The notes: a model not told the origin generated them from the sequence alone. DNA of 45,011 nt from a virus (IMGVR_UViG_3300044878_000023:1-45011); one strand, 5' to 3'; positions 27,153 through 38,009 are shown, counted from the stretch's first letter. Made by a program: numbers and translations.

Positions 27153-28841
27153 ATGCCAACATATAACAAAATTGCCGCCACGGATTCGGCATATAACTTT
27201 CCTCCGGAAATTATCGATGTTCTTACTGATACTTTTGGTCCGGGCTGGGCGATTCAGAGGTATCTTCAGGCAGGACAAAACCTGAATACTCTCAGGACTC
27301 CGGGTATTCACAGGATCTCTAAAGACAACTACGCCACCATGTTCAACCTCCCTGTGGGAGTAAGCGACAACTGTATTCTGGAGAACCTTCAGACAGGTAA
27401 CGGTGTTACTTCCGACTGGTGGCTTCAGCGAATTACTCAAGCGAGTAATGACCCCCGCACATGGTGGCGTGTAACTAAGGATTACTCGGGTAACTGGACC
27501 ACATGGCAGGAAGATAAGATGACTTCCGTCCTCGTGGCAGAATATATCTCTAAAGATCCTACTGTTGTTCAGGCTGCTGCTGATATGGCTGCGGCTAACT
27601 CGAATCTACTTCCTAAGTGGAAGCCGAACACAGCCTACACCAGTGGTATGCAGGTCGTAGCCCCCTCTGGTGACATCATTACTAAGTCGGGCAATGGTAC
27701 GACCGGAGCGACATTCAGTTTGACTGGTTGGACCATTTCGACGAATGCTGCAAATATCGCATCTAATGCATCGGAGCTTTCCGCAAATTCAGCTAAGCTC
27801 GCTGCGGCTACTACTAGTGCGACTGCTCTCACGCTCGCTTACCGAAACAGCGCAGGTGTTATAGCTGTTGGCACACCAACCGGCACGAGCGATGCTACTA
27901 CTAAAGCATACGTAGACGCTAAGGTATGGGACGGCTCTGATATTACGACGGGTACCATCTCTGATGCTCGGATCGCTAACGCAACGTCCATTAAGGACGG
28001 CCTTATGCCCATGGCAGATAAGGCTAAGCTGGACGCGGCAACAGTAAATTCTACGCCAAGTACCATTGCTATGCGTAACAGTGCTGGACGTATTGATGTA
28101 GCAGCTCCGGGAACGGATACTGCAGCAGCAACGCCGAAGTCGTATGTGGATGCTCTTGTGGATTTCCGCGCCAACGATGGACGTCCCTATGAAATTATCA
28201 TGGGCGTTATTCGTAATGACGGCAGTGCTAGTGGATATTTTCAGCTTTTGGATGAAGCCTCTAATCACCGTACTATCAACATCGACAGCGTTGTAACCTA
28301 CAGTGATAAAATTCGAATTAATACTGCTGCTATGAACGCCAATACCACGGGTATGTTCATCGCTGTGCCTGACGAAACCTTGGCTCAACAGGGAATCATC
28401 ATGGGAACTAGCGTTACGCCGGATTACACAGATATTCGTATTTCACAGACGGCTAAGACGTTCTCGGATTACATCTCTTTCGATGGAACTAACTGGGTCT
28501 CGTACGATGGCGTCTTCACTGGGATTACTTTCAGTGGCGGTACCTTGACGATCAACCACGGATCGATCCCTATCGCATCTCAGTACAATATCGACGTCAC
28601 TGCTCGTGGTGGAAACTACATCTACTCAGTTAGCGGAGGTTCTTCACCTACGGGATCTACGCAGTGTAAGATTGAAGTTCGTGATATTGATACGGGAGCT
28701 ATCGTTACTACTCCGACTACCAATATGCGATTCTACCTGTCTCGTGGCGGTGGGACGCGCGATATCAACCCTCAGGAATTGGATACTGCCCTGTACTCGA
28801 ACTCGAACATTTGGTTGTTCGGAGTAATGGGTATGGACTAG
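27153..28841 (+). CDS. minor tail / fibre-like protein
   Basis: Shares VWDGSDITTGTISDARIA, ADKAKLDAAT, TPKSYVD modules with 12923 ORF; WKPNTAY module. Confidence 0.75.
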   Translation: MPTYNKIAATDSAYNFPPEIIDVLTDTFGPGWAIQRYLQAGQNLNTLRTPGIHRISKDNYATMFNLPVGVSDNCILENLQTGNGVTSDWWLQRITQASNDPRTWWRVTKDYSGNWTTWQEDKMTSVLVAEYISKDPTVVQAAADMAAANSNLLPKWKPNTAYTSGMQVVAPSGDIITKSGNGTTGATFSLTGWTISTNAANIASNASELSANSAKLAAATTSATALTLAYRNSAGVIAVGTPTGTSDATTKAYVDAKVWDGSDITTGTISDARIANATSIKDGLMPMADKAKLDAATVNSTPSTIAMRNSAGRIDVAAPGTDTAAATPKSYVDALVDFRANDGRPYEIIMGVIRNDGSASGYFQLLDEASNHRTINIDSVVTYSDKIRINTAAMNANTTGMFIAVPDETLAQQGIIMGTSVTPDYTDIRISQTAKTFSDYISFDGTNWVSYDGVFTGITFSGGTLTINHGSIPIASQYNIDVTARGGNYIYSVSGGSSPTGSTQCKIEVRDIDTGAIVTTPTTNMRFYLSRGGGTRDINPQELDTALYSNSNIWLFGVMGMD

Positions 28842-28850
28842 TAACGTCGA

Positions 28851-29177
28851 ATGGAACAATTCATACTGCCCGCCGGTGTATCTGAGCTAGGCCCATGGGG
28901 GATCACCGTTTCTTTTGGCGTATTTATCGTCATAAGCGTCGCTAAAGGGTGGTTGATTCCTAAATCGCTTCATGACTCTGCTTTGGCTAGTGCGAACGAA
29001 AGAGCTACAGCAGCTGAATCAGCAAACGAACGTCTTTCTGAACGAGCTGCAAAGCTCACTGAAACAAACTCGGTACTCGCGCAGGCTACCGCACAAAATG
29101 CGGCGGTCGGCGATACAGTTACCAAACTTGTTAATGCCATTCAATCTCCTCGGGTGACCGTAGGAGGTCCTGAATGA
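28851..29177 (+). CDS. membrane protein with coiled coil
   Basis: N-terminal TM, GWLIPK, then coiled coil. Confidence 0.7.
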   Translation: MEQFILPAGVSELGPWGITVSFGVFIVISVAKGWLIPKSLHDSALASANERATAAESANERLSERAAKLTETNSVLAQATAQNAAVGDTVTKLVNAIQSPRVTVGGPE

Positions 29178-29410
29178 AGTTTTTCAAGAGTATAAAAATG
29201 CTTCGTGAAGAGAACCGCGAAGCGACAAAGAATAGTCGAGCTCTTATGGAAGAGTTGGATAAAACCGAATCGGTTGTCGATGATCAACACAAAGAGGCTC
29301 TTGCTCGTTTAGACGAATCTAAAAAGCAGGCTAGGATTCTCAAAAGTGCAGATCAAAAAAACCACTATTCCGAAGGCTTGACACGATCATATCAGGAGAG
29401 GATGGCATGA
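29174..29410 (+). CDS. hypothetical coiled-coil protein
   Basis: AGGAGG RBS, ATGA overlap. Confidence 0.7.
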   Translation: MKFFKSIKMLREENREATKNSRALMEELDKTESVVDDQHKEALARLDESKKQARILKSADQKNHYSEGLTRSYQERMA

Positions 29411-29808
29411 TGCTCCTACCATTGAATGCTTTGTTAATTGGTTTGGTTGCAGTCACCTCGATTTCTGTAATGATTTATTGGCATGTAATTACCGGGGGAA
29501 CGTGGAAGCATGAGCCTGCCGGAAGATCTCTTATGATCTTGCTATTGGTCATCACAGTCATCACGACTAATGCTGCAGTGAACATTTTCCTACCAAGATA
29601 CATGGGTAAAGTCGAGCTTTACTTCACACTCTATTTTGTAATGCAAGCTGCTCTAGTCCATATCGGTCTTACTATTAGATCTGAGATGCGAAAAGGGAAG
29701 GCTCGATTACAAAAGAACAACTCTGCATCGACCGGGCCCGCGACAGTAACTGTCACGGCTACTAATAAAGAATCGGCCACTGTCGAGGATGTTCAACCTT
29801 CAAAATAG
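29407..29808 (+). CDS. three-TM membrane protein (holin-like)
   Basis: Three hydrophobic helices, W...PAGRSLM motif. Confidence 0.65.
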   Translation: MMLLPLNALLIGLVAVTSISVMIYWHVITGGTWKHEPAGRSLMILLLVITVITTNAAVNIFLPRYMGKVELYFTLYFVMQAALVHIGLTIRSEMRKGKARLQKNNSASTGPATVTVTATNKESATVEDVQPSK

Positions 29809-29829
29809 GACCTAATTAAAGGAGCCGTT

Positions 29830-30213
29830 ATGTCATCACTTAAACTTGAGTCTAGCGGCTCCTTTAATTCCCTAGAAAAATTCCTTAAGAAAATGTCTAG
29901 TGGAGAAATCTATAAGTCTCTAGATAATCACGCTCGAAAGGGAGTCCAAGCGCTATCGCAAGCCACACCTCTAGAGACTGGCGAAACTAGAAATTCTTGG
30001 GATTACGAAATTAAACTTGGTAAGGGTTCATGTACAATTACATGGACCAACAGTCATACCGAAGACGGTGTACCGATCGCAATCATCCTCCAATACGGTC
30101 ATGGTACAGGTACCGGAGGATACGTCCAAGGGAAAGACTACATTAATCCGGCAATGAGACCGATATTTGACAACATCGCAGACAATGTTTGGAAGGCGGT
30201 AACTTCGGCATGA
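29830..30213 (+). CDS. HK97 gp10-like neck/tail completion protein
   Basis: TPLETGETRNSW, LQYGHGT, DYINPA; AAAGGAG RBS. Confidence 0.75.
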   Translation: MSSLKLESSGSFNSLEKFLKKMSSGEIYKSLDNHARKGVQALSQATPLETGETRNSWDYEIKLGKGSCTITWTNSHTEDGVPIAIILQYGHGTGTGGYVQGKDYINPAMRPIFDNIADNVWKAVTSA

Positions 30214-33200
30214 GCGCTAGCATTGAAGAGCGTGTCGTATCTATAAAGTTTGACAATGCTAAGTTTGAAGCTAACGTCAAGACTACAATTCGATCATTGG
30301 ATTCTCTGAAAAAGTCAATCGATTTCAGCGGAGGAATCAAAGCCCTTGGAGATCTCGATGCTGCTAGTAAGAAGATCGACCTTGGGTTTGATAATAAAGC
30401 TTTCGGAACAAGCGTCCAATCTACCATCAGGGCCGCAGACAATCTTAAAAAGAATCTGAACTTTGACAGTACAGTCCACGCTCTTGGCGATCTGGATTCT
30501 GCCGGTAAAAAGGTAAATCTTCGACTCGACCCAACCGCATTCCAAATAGGCGCTAAGGGCGTCATGGATGCTGCCACCACGATCAAACAGAACCTCAACT
30601 TCGAATCTGTTCAGCGTGGCTTTGGTAATCTTAAGATGTCTGCTCAGAACTTTTCATTTCAGAACGTCGTTACTGGCGCACAGAACGTTCGTAAAAGCAT
30701 TGCTGACATGGATTTGGCTACTAAGGCTGTATCTTTTCTACCTATCACCGACGGTGCTGAACGAGCTAAGACTAGCATTAGCGCTATGTCTATCGCCGGT
30801 ATTGCAGCAATCGGTGCTCTAGGTGCTAAAGCTGCTTTGATCGGTCCTCAAATGGCGGCGAATCTGTTTCTCGATCCGGCCAAGTCGGGTCTTGCAGAAT
30901 ATGAGACAAACCTTGGATCTATCCAGACGATCATGTCTAACACGCAGTGGGAGAATAAGAGTCTTGGGGATGTCAATGGCGCGCTCGATGAACTGAACGC
31001 CTATTCTGACAAGACTATCTATAACTTTGCTCAAATGGCCGATAGTGTTGGTAAGTTTACATCAGCAGGTGTAAGTCTAGACGACTCGACAGCAGCGATT
31101 AAGGGTATCTCAAACCTTGCTGCATTGTCGGGATCTAATTCTAACCAAGCAGCTACTGCTATGCAACAGCTATCACAGGAAATGGCTGCCGGTAAAGTCG
31201 GACTTGAGGGCTGGAACTCGGTAGTTAATGCCGGTATGGGCGGTAAGGTATTCCAAGATGCGCTTATCGAAACTGCTAGAAATCAGGGCTCGAATGTCGA
31301 TGCTCTGATTAAGAAGAACGGTAGCTTCCGACAATCACTCCAAGATGGCTGGGTCACCACTAAGGTGATGAACGAGACGCTTTCTAAGATGACTGGCGAC
31401 TTGACTGATAAACAGCTTAAAGCCATGGGTTATAACGATGATCAGATTGTCGGAATTCAGAAGATGGCTAAGAACGCTCAAGACGCCGCTACCAAGATCA
31501 AGACTTTCTCTCAGCTAACCGGAACATTGTCTGAAACTACAGGCTCTGGTTGGTCGCAGACTTGGAAGCTCATCCTTGGCGACTTTGAGCAGGCTAAAGA
31601 GATGTGGACTAATGTCTATGGAGTCCTTGGTAAACTGGTTCAGGGCTCGGCAGACGCACGTAACAACCTTCTTTCCGACTGGAACAAGCTCGGTGGTCGT
31701 ACTGAAATGATCTGGGCTGTTCGATCAGCATTCATGAACTTGATGGCTGTAGTCACCCCGATCAAGGAAGCTTTCCGGGAGGTGTTCCCTCCCACAACAG
31801 GCAAGCAACTATACATAATCACTCAGAACATCCGACTCTTCATCAACGCATTGGCGCCGGGTACTGAGCAAATCAGCCTGATCAAGAACACGTTCAAGTT
31901 GCTGTTCGTAATCATCAAAATAGGACTCAGTATTATAACTGGTGCTATTGGTATTGTGGTTGCATTCTTCAAAGCATTCGCCACAGGTGGAGATTCAGTC
32001 AAGGGAAGCATGAAACCCCTTACTGATTTCTTGGGAACGGTCGCTGATAAGCTAGCGAATTCAACATTCGTCAAGGACTTCTTCGACGGTCTCGCTAAGG
32101 GGGCTACGGTCCTCGGTACTGCACTCGGTAAGGTAGTCCCTTACATCATGCAGTTCGTCGGCGTCCTAGGGACGCTGGCATACGACATATCCGGCTATGC
32201 GATGTATTTCGTATCTCGGTTTGCTCGTATCGTTGGCGGAACTCTCGTTGACGGATTCGTAATAGCCATCACCTTTATTGGTAGGCTTGCCGAAATTGTC
32301 GCGATTGCCACCAAGGCATTTATGGAGGGTGGTCTAGAGCTAGCTCTTACTCGAGTTCGCGAACGTCTAGCATCCTTTGGACGCTTGGGCGATCGAATCA
32401 GCGAGATGTGGAATTCGCTAACCGCTGGTGCTGCTAGATTCTGGGAACAGATAAAGCCTCTTCGTGAAGCTATCGCTAAAATGTTTGGCGATATCGGTAA
32501 GAACATCAGCGAAGTATTTTCGGATGTAAACTTCGACGATTCGCTCGATCTCGTGAACACAGGTCTTCTCGCAGGACTGTTCATCATATTCCGTAAAACA
32601 TTCAAGAAGCTATTGGGGATGGGTGATGGTGTAAAAGAAGGGCTCTTTGCTCGACTCGACACATCAATCGAATCGATCAATGGCGTTCTCGATAGTCTCA
32701 GTGGAACACTGCAAGCTATGCAACAAAACCTTAAAGCGGATACGCTGATGAAGATCGCGATTGCAATCGGCATCTTGACTATTTCTGTAGTGGTCCTGTC
32801 GATGATCGATTCGGGTAAGCTTACAAAGGCCCTTATCGGTATTGGCGTGATGGTAGTAATTCTTACTAAAGCTATGGAGGCACTGGACAAGATATCCATG
32901 GGGTCGGGCTTCCTTAAGATTCCATTTATTGCAGCATCGATGATTCTTTTGGCTATCGCGATTGCTATTCTGGCCATTCCAGTTCTGATGCTGTCGAAGC
33001 TTAGCTGGAGCGAATTGCTAAAGGGCTTGGCTGGCGTTGGTGTACTCATGTTCTTTCTGTCTAAAGCTGCCGAATCTATGGCTAAGAATCCGGCGAACCT
33101 TATAGCCACAGGCATCGGACTTATTGCAGTTGCTATCGCGATCAAGATCCTTGCCAGTGCAGTTGGCGACTTCGCTAAACTTAGCTGGGGCGACATGATC

Positions 33201-35246
33201 AAGGGTCTCGTAGGTGTTGGAGCGATGCTCACAGCGCTCTCGATATTCTCTAACATGACGAAGGCAAATAAGGGTGCGATCGCATCGGGTGTTGGTCTTA
33301 TTCTTCTGGGTACCGCGCTTAAGATTATGGCTAGTGCCCTCAGTGATTTCGCTGCTATGAATGTTGGTAGCCTTGTACAAGGTCTCGTAACCATGGCTCT
33401 AGTCTTGGCTATGATCTCTCGCTTTGCGGCTATAACTGGTGACAACAAGAACCTCCTTAAGACTGCCGCATCATTGGTAATCATTGGCTTCGCTTTGAAG
33501 ATCATGGCTTCTGCGATTGGCGACTTTGCAGCATTCAGTTGGGAGGAACTCGCCAAGGGTCTCGTAGGTATGACGTTTGCTCTTAGCGGTATTTCTACAG
33601 CTATGGCTGCACTGCCTAAGAATATGCTTGCTAATGCAATTGGACTGATTGCAGTTGGTCTAGCATTGAAGATCATTGCTTCGGCATTGATGGATATGGG
33701 TAATATGTCATGGGAACAGATCGCGAAGGGTCTCATAACTCTCGCGGGTGCGCTCTTGATCATATCTATAGCGGTTATAGCGATGCAGGGGTCTATTCTT
33801 GGTGCCGCAGCAATTCTTATTGTTGCAGCAGCGATCGGTATCCTCGCACCGTCACTCAAGCTGCTTGGCGACATGTCTTGGGATCAGATCCTTCATGGAC
33901 TAGCTGCTTTGGCAGGTATATTCATCATCCTCGGTCTTGCCGGTTTGGTTCTGACACCTCTGGTGCCGGTCCTATTCGCGCTAGGTATAGCATTGGGTAT
34001 GATGGGTATCGGTTTGTTCGGTGTTGGCTTGGGTACGGTATTGTTTGCGGCAGGCCTCATCGCTATCACCGCAGCTTTGACCGTGTCTGGCCCATTGCTT
34101 ATCGCATTTGTGATGTCGCTGCTAGCTCTTATACCAATGGCTATGGAAGAATTGGGCAAGGGTATTGTGGCATTCGCTGGCGTTATCGGCAATGCTATGC
34201 CAGTGTTCATTGCCGCATTCGTTAAGCTGCTATTGGGCTTGCTTACGGCTATCGACATTATATTGCCACGGCTTATGACTACATTGTGGTCGCTTATTGT
34301 TGCACTGGTGGATCTGATTGTTCGTGCTGTACCGCTATTTGTGGATGCTGCTATGAAGATTCTCATCGGCCTCGTTAAGGGTATCGCAGATAATATCGGC
34401 CTACTTATTGATGAAGTGACACGGCTTATCACCGAGTTCATAGATGGTATCACACGAGGGCTACCTAGGATTATCGATTCTGGCGTGAAACTTATAGTTG
34501 CATTCCTCAAGGGTATCGGCGACAACGTTCAAAAGGTTACCGATGCAGCAGCAGATCTGATTATTAAGTTCGTGAATGGTCTTGCTGCTACGATTGAAAC
34601 TAAGTCTCAGGAACTGCGTGATGCAGGTCTGAGGCTTGCCGGAGCGATCATTGATGGTATGACTGGTGGTCTCGCTACACGAGCTAAAGAGGTTGCTGAT
34701 GGCGCGTGGAAGATGGGTCAGGATGCTCTTGCATCTATTGCTGGCGCCATCGACTCTAACTCGCCATCTAAGGAAACTCATAAGTTGGGTACATATTTCG
34801 GTGATGGTTTCATTGGGGGTATCGCCTCAATGGTCCCGAATGTGTCTAGGAGTGCGGGTGCCATGGGTACCAATGCTGTTGACACACTTAAGAAGACCAT
34901 CTCGGATATCAATAGCGTTGTTCCCGATAACGTCGAAATGACTCCTACTATTCGTCCTGTGCTTGACTTATCTGCGGTTAAGAAAGACTCCCGTCTTATT
35001 GGCGGCATGATCAAGTCTCCATCACTCACGGTCGATACTTCATATTCGCGGGCTGCGTCGATTTCGGCGAGTGTTCGTTCTAATGGAGAGGAAGTAGTCC
35101 AGACTAAGACTGGCGCTATTCCGGAAACTGGTACTAACGTTACATTCAACCAGTACAATAATTCGCCTAAGGCACTATCCAACGCCGAGATCTACAGGCA
35201 ATCGAATAACCAAATCTCTAAGATCAAGGAGGAGATCAAGAAGTAA
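30210..35246 (+). CDS. tape measure protein
   Basis: About 1680 aa; tape-measure domain (LNAYSDKTIYNF), hydrophobic repeats with periodic W, IDSNSPSK. Confidence 0.93.
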   Translation: MSASIEERVVSIKFDNAKFEANVKTTIRSLDSLKKSIDFSGGIKALGDLDAASKKIDLGFDNKAFGTSVQSTIRAADNLKKNLNFDSTVHALGDLDSAGKKVNLRLDPTAFQIGAKGVMDAATTIKQNLNFESVQRGFGNLKMSAQNFSFQNVVTGAQNVRKSIADMDLATKAVSFLPITDGAERAKTSISAMSIAGIAAIGALGAKAALIGPQMAANLFLDPAKSGLAEYETNLGSIQTIMSNTQWENKSLGDVNGALDELNAYSDKTIYNFAQMADSVGKFTSAGVSLDDSTAAIKGISNLAALSGSNSNQAATAMQQLSQEMAAGKVGLEGWNSVVNAGMGGKVFQDALIETARNQGSNVDALIKKNGSFRQSLQDGWVTTKVMNETLSKMTGDLTDKQLKAMGYNDDQIVGIQKMAKNAQDAATKIKTFSQLTGTLSETTGSGWSQTWKLILGDFEQAKEMWTNVYGVLGKLVQGSADARNNLLSDWNKLGGRTEMIWAVRSAFMNLMAVVTPIKEAFREVFPPTTGKQLYIITQNIRLFINALAPGTEQISLIKNTFKLLFVIIKIGLSIITGAIGIVVAFFKAFATGGDSVKGSMKPLTDFLGTVADKLANSTFVKDFFDGLAKGATVLGTALGKVVPYIMQFVGVLGTLAYDISGYAMYFVSRFARIVGGTLVDGFVIAITFIGRLAEIVAIATKAFMEGGLELALTRVRERLASFGRLGDRISEMWNSLTAGAARFWEQIKPLREAIAKMFGDIGKNISEVFSDVNFDDSLDLVNTGLLAGLFIIFRKTFKKLLGMGDGVKEGLFARLDTSIESINGVLDSLSGTLQAMQQNLKADTLMKIAIAIGILTISVVVLSMIDSGKLTKALIGIGVMVVILTKAMEALDKISMGSGFLKIPFIAASMILLAIAIAILAIPVLMLSKLSWSELLKGLAGVGVLMFFLSKAAESMAKNPANLIATGIGLIAVAIAIKILASAVGDFAKLSWGDMIKGLVGVGAMLTALSIFSNMTKANKGAIASGVGLILLGTALKIMASALSDFAAMNVGSLVQGLVTMALVLAMISRFAAITGDNKNLLKTAASLVIIGFALKIMASAIGDFAAFSWEELAKGLVGMTFALSGISTAMAALPKNMLANAIGLIAVGLALKIIASALMDMGNMSWEQIAKGLITLAGALLIISIAVIAMQGSILGAAAILIVAAAIGILAPSLKLLGDMSWDQILHGLAALAGIFIILGLAGLVLTPLVPVLFALGIALGMMGIGLFGVGLGTVLFAAGLIAITAALTVSGPLLIAFVMSLLALIPMAMEELGKGIVAFAGVIGNAMPVFIAAFVKLLLGLLTAIDIILPRLMTTLWSLIVALVDLIVRAVPLFVDAAMKILIGLVKGIADNIGLLIDEVTRLITEFIDGITRGLPRIIDSGVKLIVAFLKGIGDNVQKVTDAAADLIIKFVNGLAATIETKSQELRDAGLRLAGAIIDGMTGGLATRAKEVADGAWKMGQDALASIAGAIDSNSPSKETHKLGTYFGDGFIGGIASMVPNVSRSAGAMGTNAVDTLKKTISDINSVVPDNVEMTPTIRPVLDLSAVKKDSRLIGGMIKSPSLTVDTSYSRAASISASVRSNGEEVVQTKTGAIPETGTNVTFNQYNNSPKALSNAEIYRQSNNQISKIKEEIKK

Positions 35247-36067
35247 TGTTGAATATGCTAGATGTTACAAATGAGGCAGATGCGACTTTATCACTTCCCT
35301 TAGAGGATATTGGTAACGGGTATCGAATTAAAAGTATTGATGGATTGGACCCTGTAAAGGCTACGATCGTTACCTCATCTTTCGCAAATATGGATGGCGA
35401 TAAATATCAGGCCAGCCGTAGAGAGAAACGGAATATCGTAATCAAGCTGGGATTTGATACGTCAATGGATGTCCGTAGCCTTAGAAATAATTTGTATCCG
35501 TTCTTCATGACGAAAACAAATTTGCGTTTGCGCTTCTATAGCGATGAAGCAGACATGTTCTATGTAGAGATTTATGGGCGAGTAGAATCATTCGAAAGTC
35601 CGATCTTTGCTAAAGATCCCGAAGCTACTATTTCTATAGTTTGCGCAAAGCCGGATTTCTACGAGCCCGAGCCTGTAGCTTGGCATGGCGATACGACTTC
35701 TGGTAGTACTCGAATGCCTATTACATATTCGGGTACTATTGAGACCGGAATCCGGTTTAGCATGAATGTTAATCGCACTCTTCCATCATTAGTTATACAT
35801 CACAGTACGACGGCTAGTGGTACAGAAAACGATCTGACATTCGCAGCACCCCTTATCTCCGGAGATGTTCTAGAAATCAGAACGGTTCCCGGAGATAAGG
35901 GGGCAACCCTCACTAGGTCTGGGATAACATCTTCGATTCTATATGGGATTAACCCTGCGTCGATTTGGACTACGCTTCTGTCAGGGCAAAACTATATTCG
36001 CGTTTCCTCGGGAGGAGCCCCGATCTCGTATACTGTCGAATATACCAATAAATACGGAGGACTCTAG
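35246..36067 (+). CDS. distal tail protein (Dit-like)
   Basis: Directly follows TMP; IDGLDP, DG..Y....EKRNIV. Confidence 0.78.
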   Translation: MLNMLDVTNEADATLSLPLEDIGNGYRIKSIDGLDPVKATIVTSSFANMDGDKYQASRREKRNIVIKLGFDTSMDVRSLRNNLYPFFMTKTNLRLRFYSDEADMFYVEIYGRVESFESPIFAKDPEATISIVCAKPDFYEPEPVAWHGDTTSGSTRMPITYSGTIETGIRFSMNVNRTLPSLVIHHSTTASGTENDLTFAAPLISGDVLEIRTVPGDKGATLTRSGITSSILYGINPASIWTTLLSGQNYIRVSSGGAPISYTVEYTNKYGGL

Positions 36068-37182
36068 TGGATCTTTATGTACTAGATGACCTGTTTCGTC
36101 GTGTTGAGATATTTGACGTATACGAATCGCTTATTTGGACTGACAGATGGATTGGTATGGGCGACTTCGAGCTGGTTATCGATGATACTTGGACCAATCG
36201 AAATATTCTAAAAAGAGATGCTCGGCTGGCTATTAATGACTCGGATCATATTATGGTCATCCAGACTACAGTTCGAAACCAGACTGCTGATGGTAAGAAA
36301 ATGTTGACTGTCAGCGGTAAGTCTCTGGAGCAGATTCTCGAGGATCGCGTTGCTAAACCGAACTTCACAAGTCTCGCCACGTCTCCGCGATGGGTTCTAG
36401 AAGGTACTCCCGGAACCATTATTCGATCTATGGTTGATGCTATTTGTGTCGACGGTATTCTTAGCCCGAACGACGTTATCGAATATCTGATAGTCCCATT
36501 CGTGCAGGGTGATTCTATCTGGCCTCCAGACACATTGCCTGAACCCGGTGGCTTTCTTCACATGGAGCTTGAACCTAAGTCGCTATATGACGCTGTGAAA
36601 GAGCTTTGTGTGGAATATAACCTTGGATTCGGAATCCTTAGAAATCCCGATAAGGCTGAGCTGTATTTCGAAGTATGGTCGGGTAGCGACAGGTCTGGCG
36701 GAAACGCTACGGGTCTGGCTCCCGTCATATTCAGTCCGGAACTAGACAATCTTACAGATACTACAGAACTTAGGTCTAAAGAGACCTATAAGAATGTAGC
36801 GTATGTATTGTCTGACAAGGGTTGTACGATCGTCTATGCGAATGACGATGGGTCAGATAGAACAGGGTTTAGAAGGCGTGTCCTCACCGTAGTGGTGGAG
36901 AATGTTCGAGAAAACACTAACGAATCCTATATGACTAACGAACAAATCCTTCAGCGTAGGGGTCTAGAAGCTCTAACAGAGCATCGGATGATTCATGCTC
37001 TTGACGGGGAAATCTCGAAAGATAGTAGCTATCGATACGGTATCGACTATCGTCTTGGAGATATCGTAGAGCTTAGAAGTTCTGACGACATCAACAAAGC
37101 TATGCGAGTCACCGAACAGATCTTTGTATCCGATGGAGAGGGCGATCGTGCCTATCCGACATTGGCTAGTAACGACCTTTAA
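36067..37182 (+). CDS. minor tail protein (ReqiPepy6 gp37-like hub)
   Basis: YESLIWTDRW..GDFEL, YGIDYRLGDIV motifs. Confidence 0.8.
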   Translation: MDLYVLDDLFRRVEIFDVYESLIWTDRWIGMGDFELVIDDTWTNRNILKRDARLAINDSDHIMVIQTTVRNQTADGKKMLTVSGKSLEQILEDRVAKPNFTSLATSPRWVLEGTPGTIIRSMVDAICVDGILSPNDVIEYLIVPFVQGDSIWPPDTLPEPGGFLHMELEPKSLYDAVKELCVEYNLGFGILRNPDKAELYFEVWSGSDRSGGNATGLAPVIFSPELDNLTDTTELRSKETYKNVAYVLSDKGCTIVYANDDGSDRTGFRRRVLTVVVENVRENTNESYMTNEQILQRRGLEALTEHRMIHALDGEISKDSSYRYGIDYRLGDIVELRSSDDINKAMRVTEQIFVSDGEGDRAYPTLASNDL

Positions 37183-37200
37183 TCAAAATAGGAGTAAATA

Positions 37201-37584
37201 ATGGCAGATCATGTCGTTGAAACAAATACTGGAGCTGTCCAGTTGAGCAATCAGGCGTATGACATTTTTCGAGCTCTCGTTGAGGTAGTCTTTCCGGCAG
37301 CAGGCGTATTGTACGCGTTGCTTGCTGGATACTGGCACTGGGGTTACGAGCTCGAAGTCGGCGGATCTATCGCTGGCGTAGGCGTGTTCCTAGGTGTAGT
37401 CCTCAAGGTCGCACGTAAGGGGTATGAGAAAGGCGTCATCCCGCCAAGTGGGTATGATGGTGCAGTCGTCGAGGACGTTATTGATGGACAGGCTGTCCTA
37501 CGAGTCCAGCTTGAAGGCGACGCAACTCAGAATCTCATGAATAAGAACCTTCTGGTGATCAAGGGATTCGACGCAGGCGCCTGA
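37201..37584 (+). CDS. holin (Dp-1-like)
   Basis: LSNQAYDIFR...VFPAAGVLY.LLA..W..G...FLGVVL; two TM; AGGAG RBS. Confidence 0.75.
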   Translation: MADHVVETNTGAVQLSNQAYDIFRALVEVVFPAAGVLYALLAGYWHWGYELEVGGSIAGVGVFLGVVLKVARKGYEKGVIPPSGYDGAVVEDVIDGQAVLRVQLEGDATQNLMNKNLLVIKGFDAGA

Positions 37585-37642
37585 TGAGCGCTTCGCGGTA
37601 AAAACACGCCTTATAGTGAGATAACTCTTGAAAGGAGAACTC

Positions 37643-37927
37643 ATGTTTAACAAAGACAAGAACCCCGCCGGAATCGATCTGGTGATTAAACTTGCAACTG
37701 ATGAACTGCTGAAACTTCAGCCTGACGACCCCAAGTACGTCCAGACCGTTGATATGATCGAACGGCTCAACAAGATCGCCCTTAGTAATAAGAGCGACCG
37801 CGTGAGCAAAGATGGTATTATCGCCGGTGTGGTAAACCTTGTTGGTATCGGGATGATCATTCGGCACGAACAGTTGAACGTAATCACCTCGAAAGCTCTC
37901 GGCTTCGTGTTCAAGGCCCGCGCTTAA
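37643..37927 (+). CDS. cassette gene, membrane-associated hypothetical
   Basis: Motif, AAAGGAG, ATG 37643; hairpin 37954-38009. Confidence 0.8.
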   Translation: MFNKDKNPAGIDLVIKLATDELLKLQPDDPKYVQTVDMIERLNKIALSNKSDRVSKDGIIAGVVNLVGIGMIIRHEQLNVITSKALGFVFKARA

Positions 37928-37953
37928 CATGAAGTAACTGACCCCAGTTAATC

Positions 37954-38009
37954 AAAATAGTAGCCGTGTGTAAGAACTAAACCCTCTTACACACGGCTTT
38001 CTATTTTTT
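37954..38009 (+). terminator. intrinsic terminator
   Basis: AGCCGTGTGTAAGA...TCTTACACACGGCT followed by T-rich tail. Confidence 0.8.

Noticed and set aside
32195-33874. 559-aa minus-strand ORF and other long antisense ORFs (23603-24421, 33893-34525, 4354-5067)
   Set aside because: Shadow frames of strongly biased + strand genes (TMP, capsid); no RBS or recognisable motifs.
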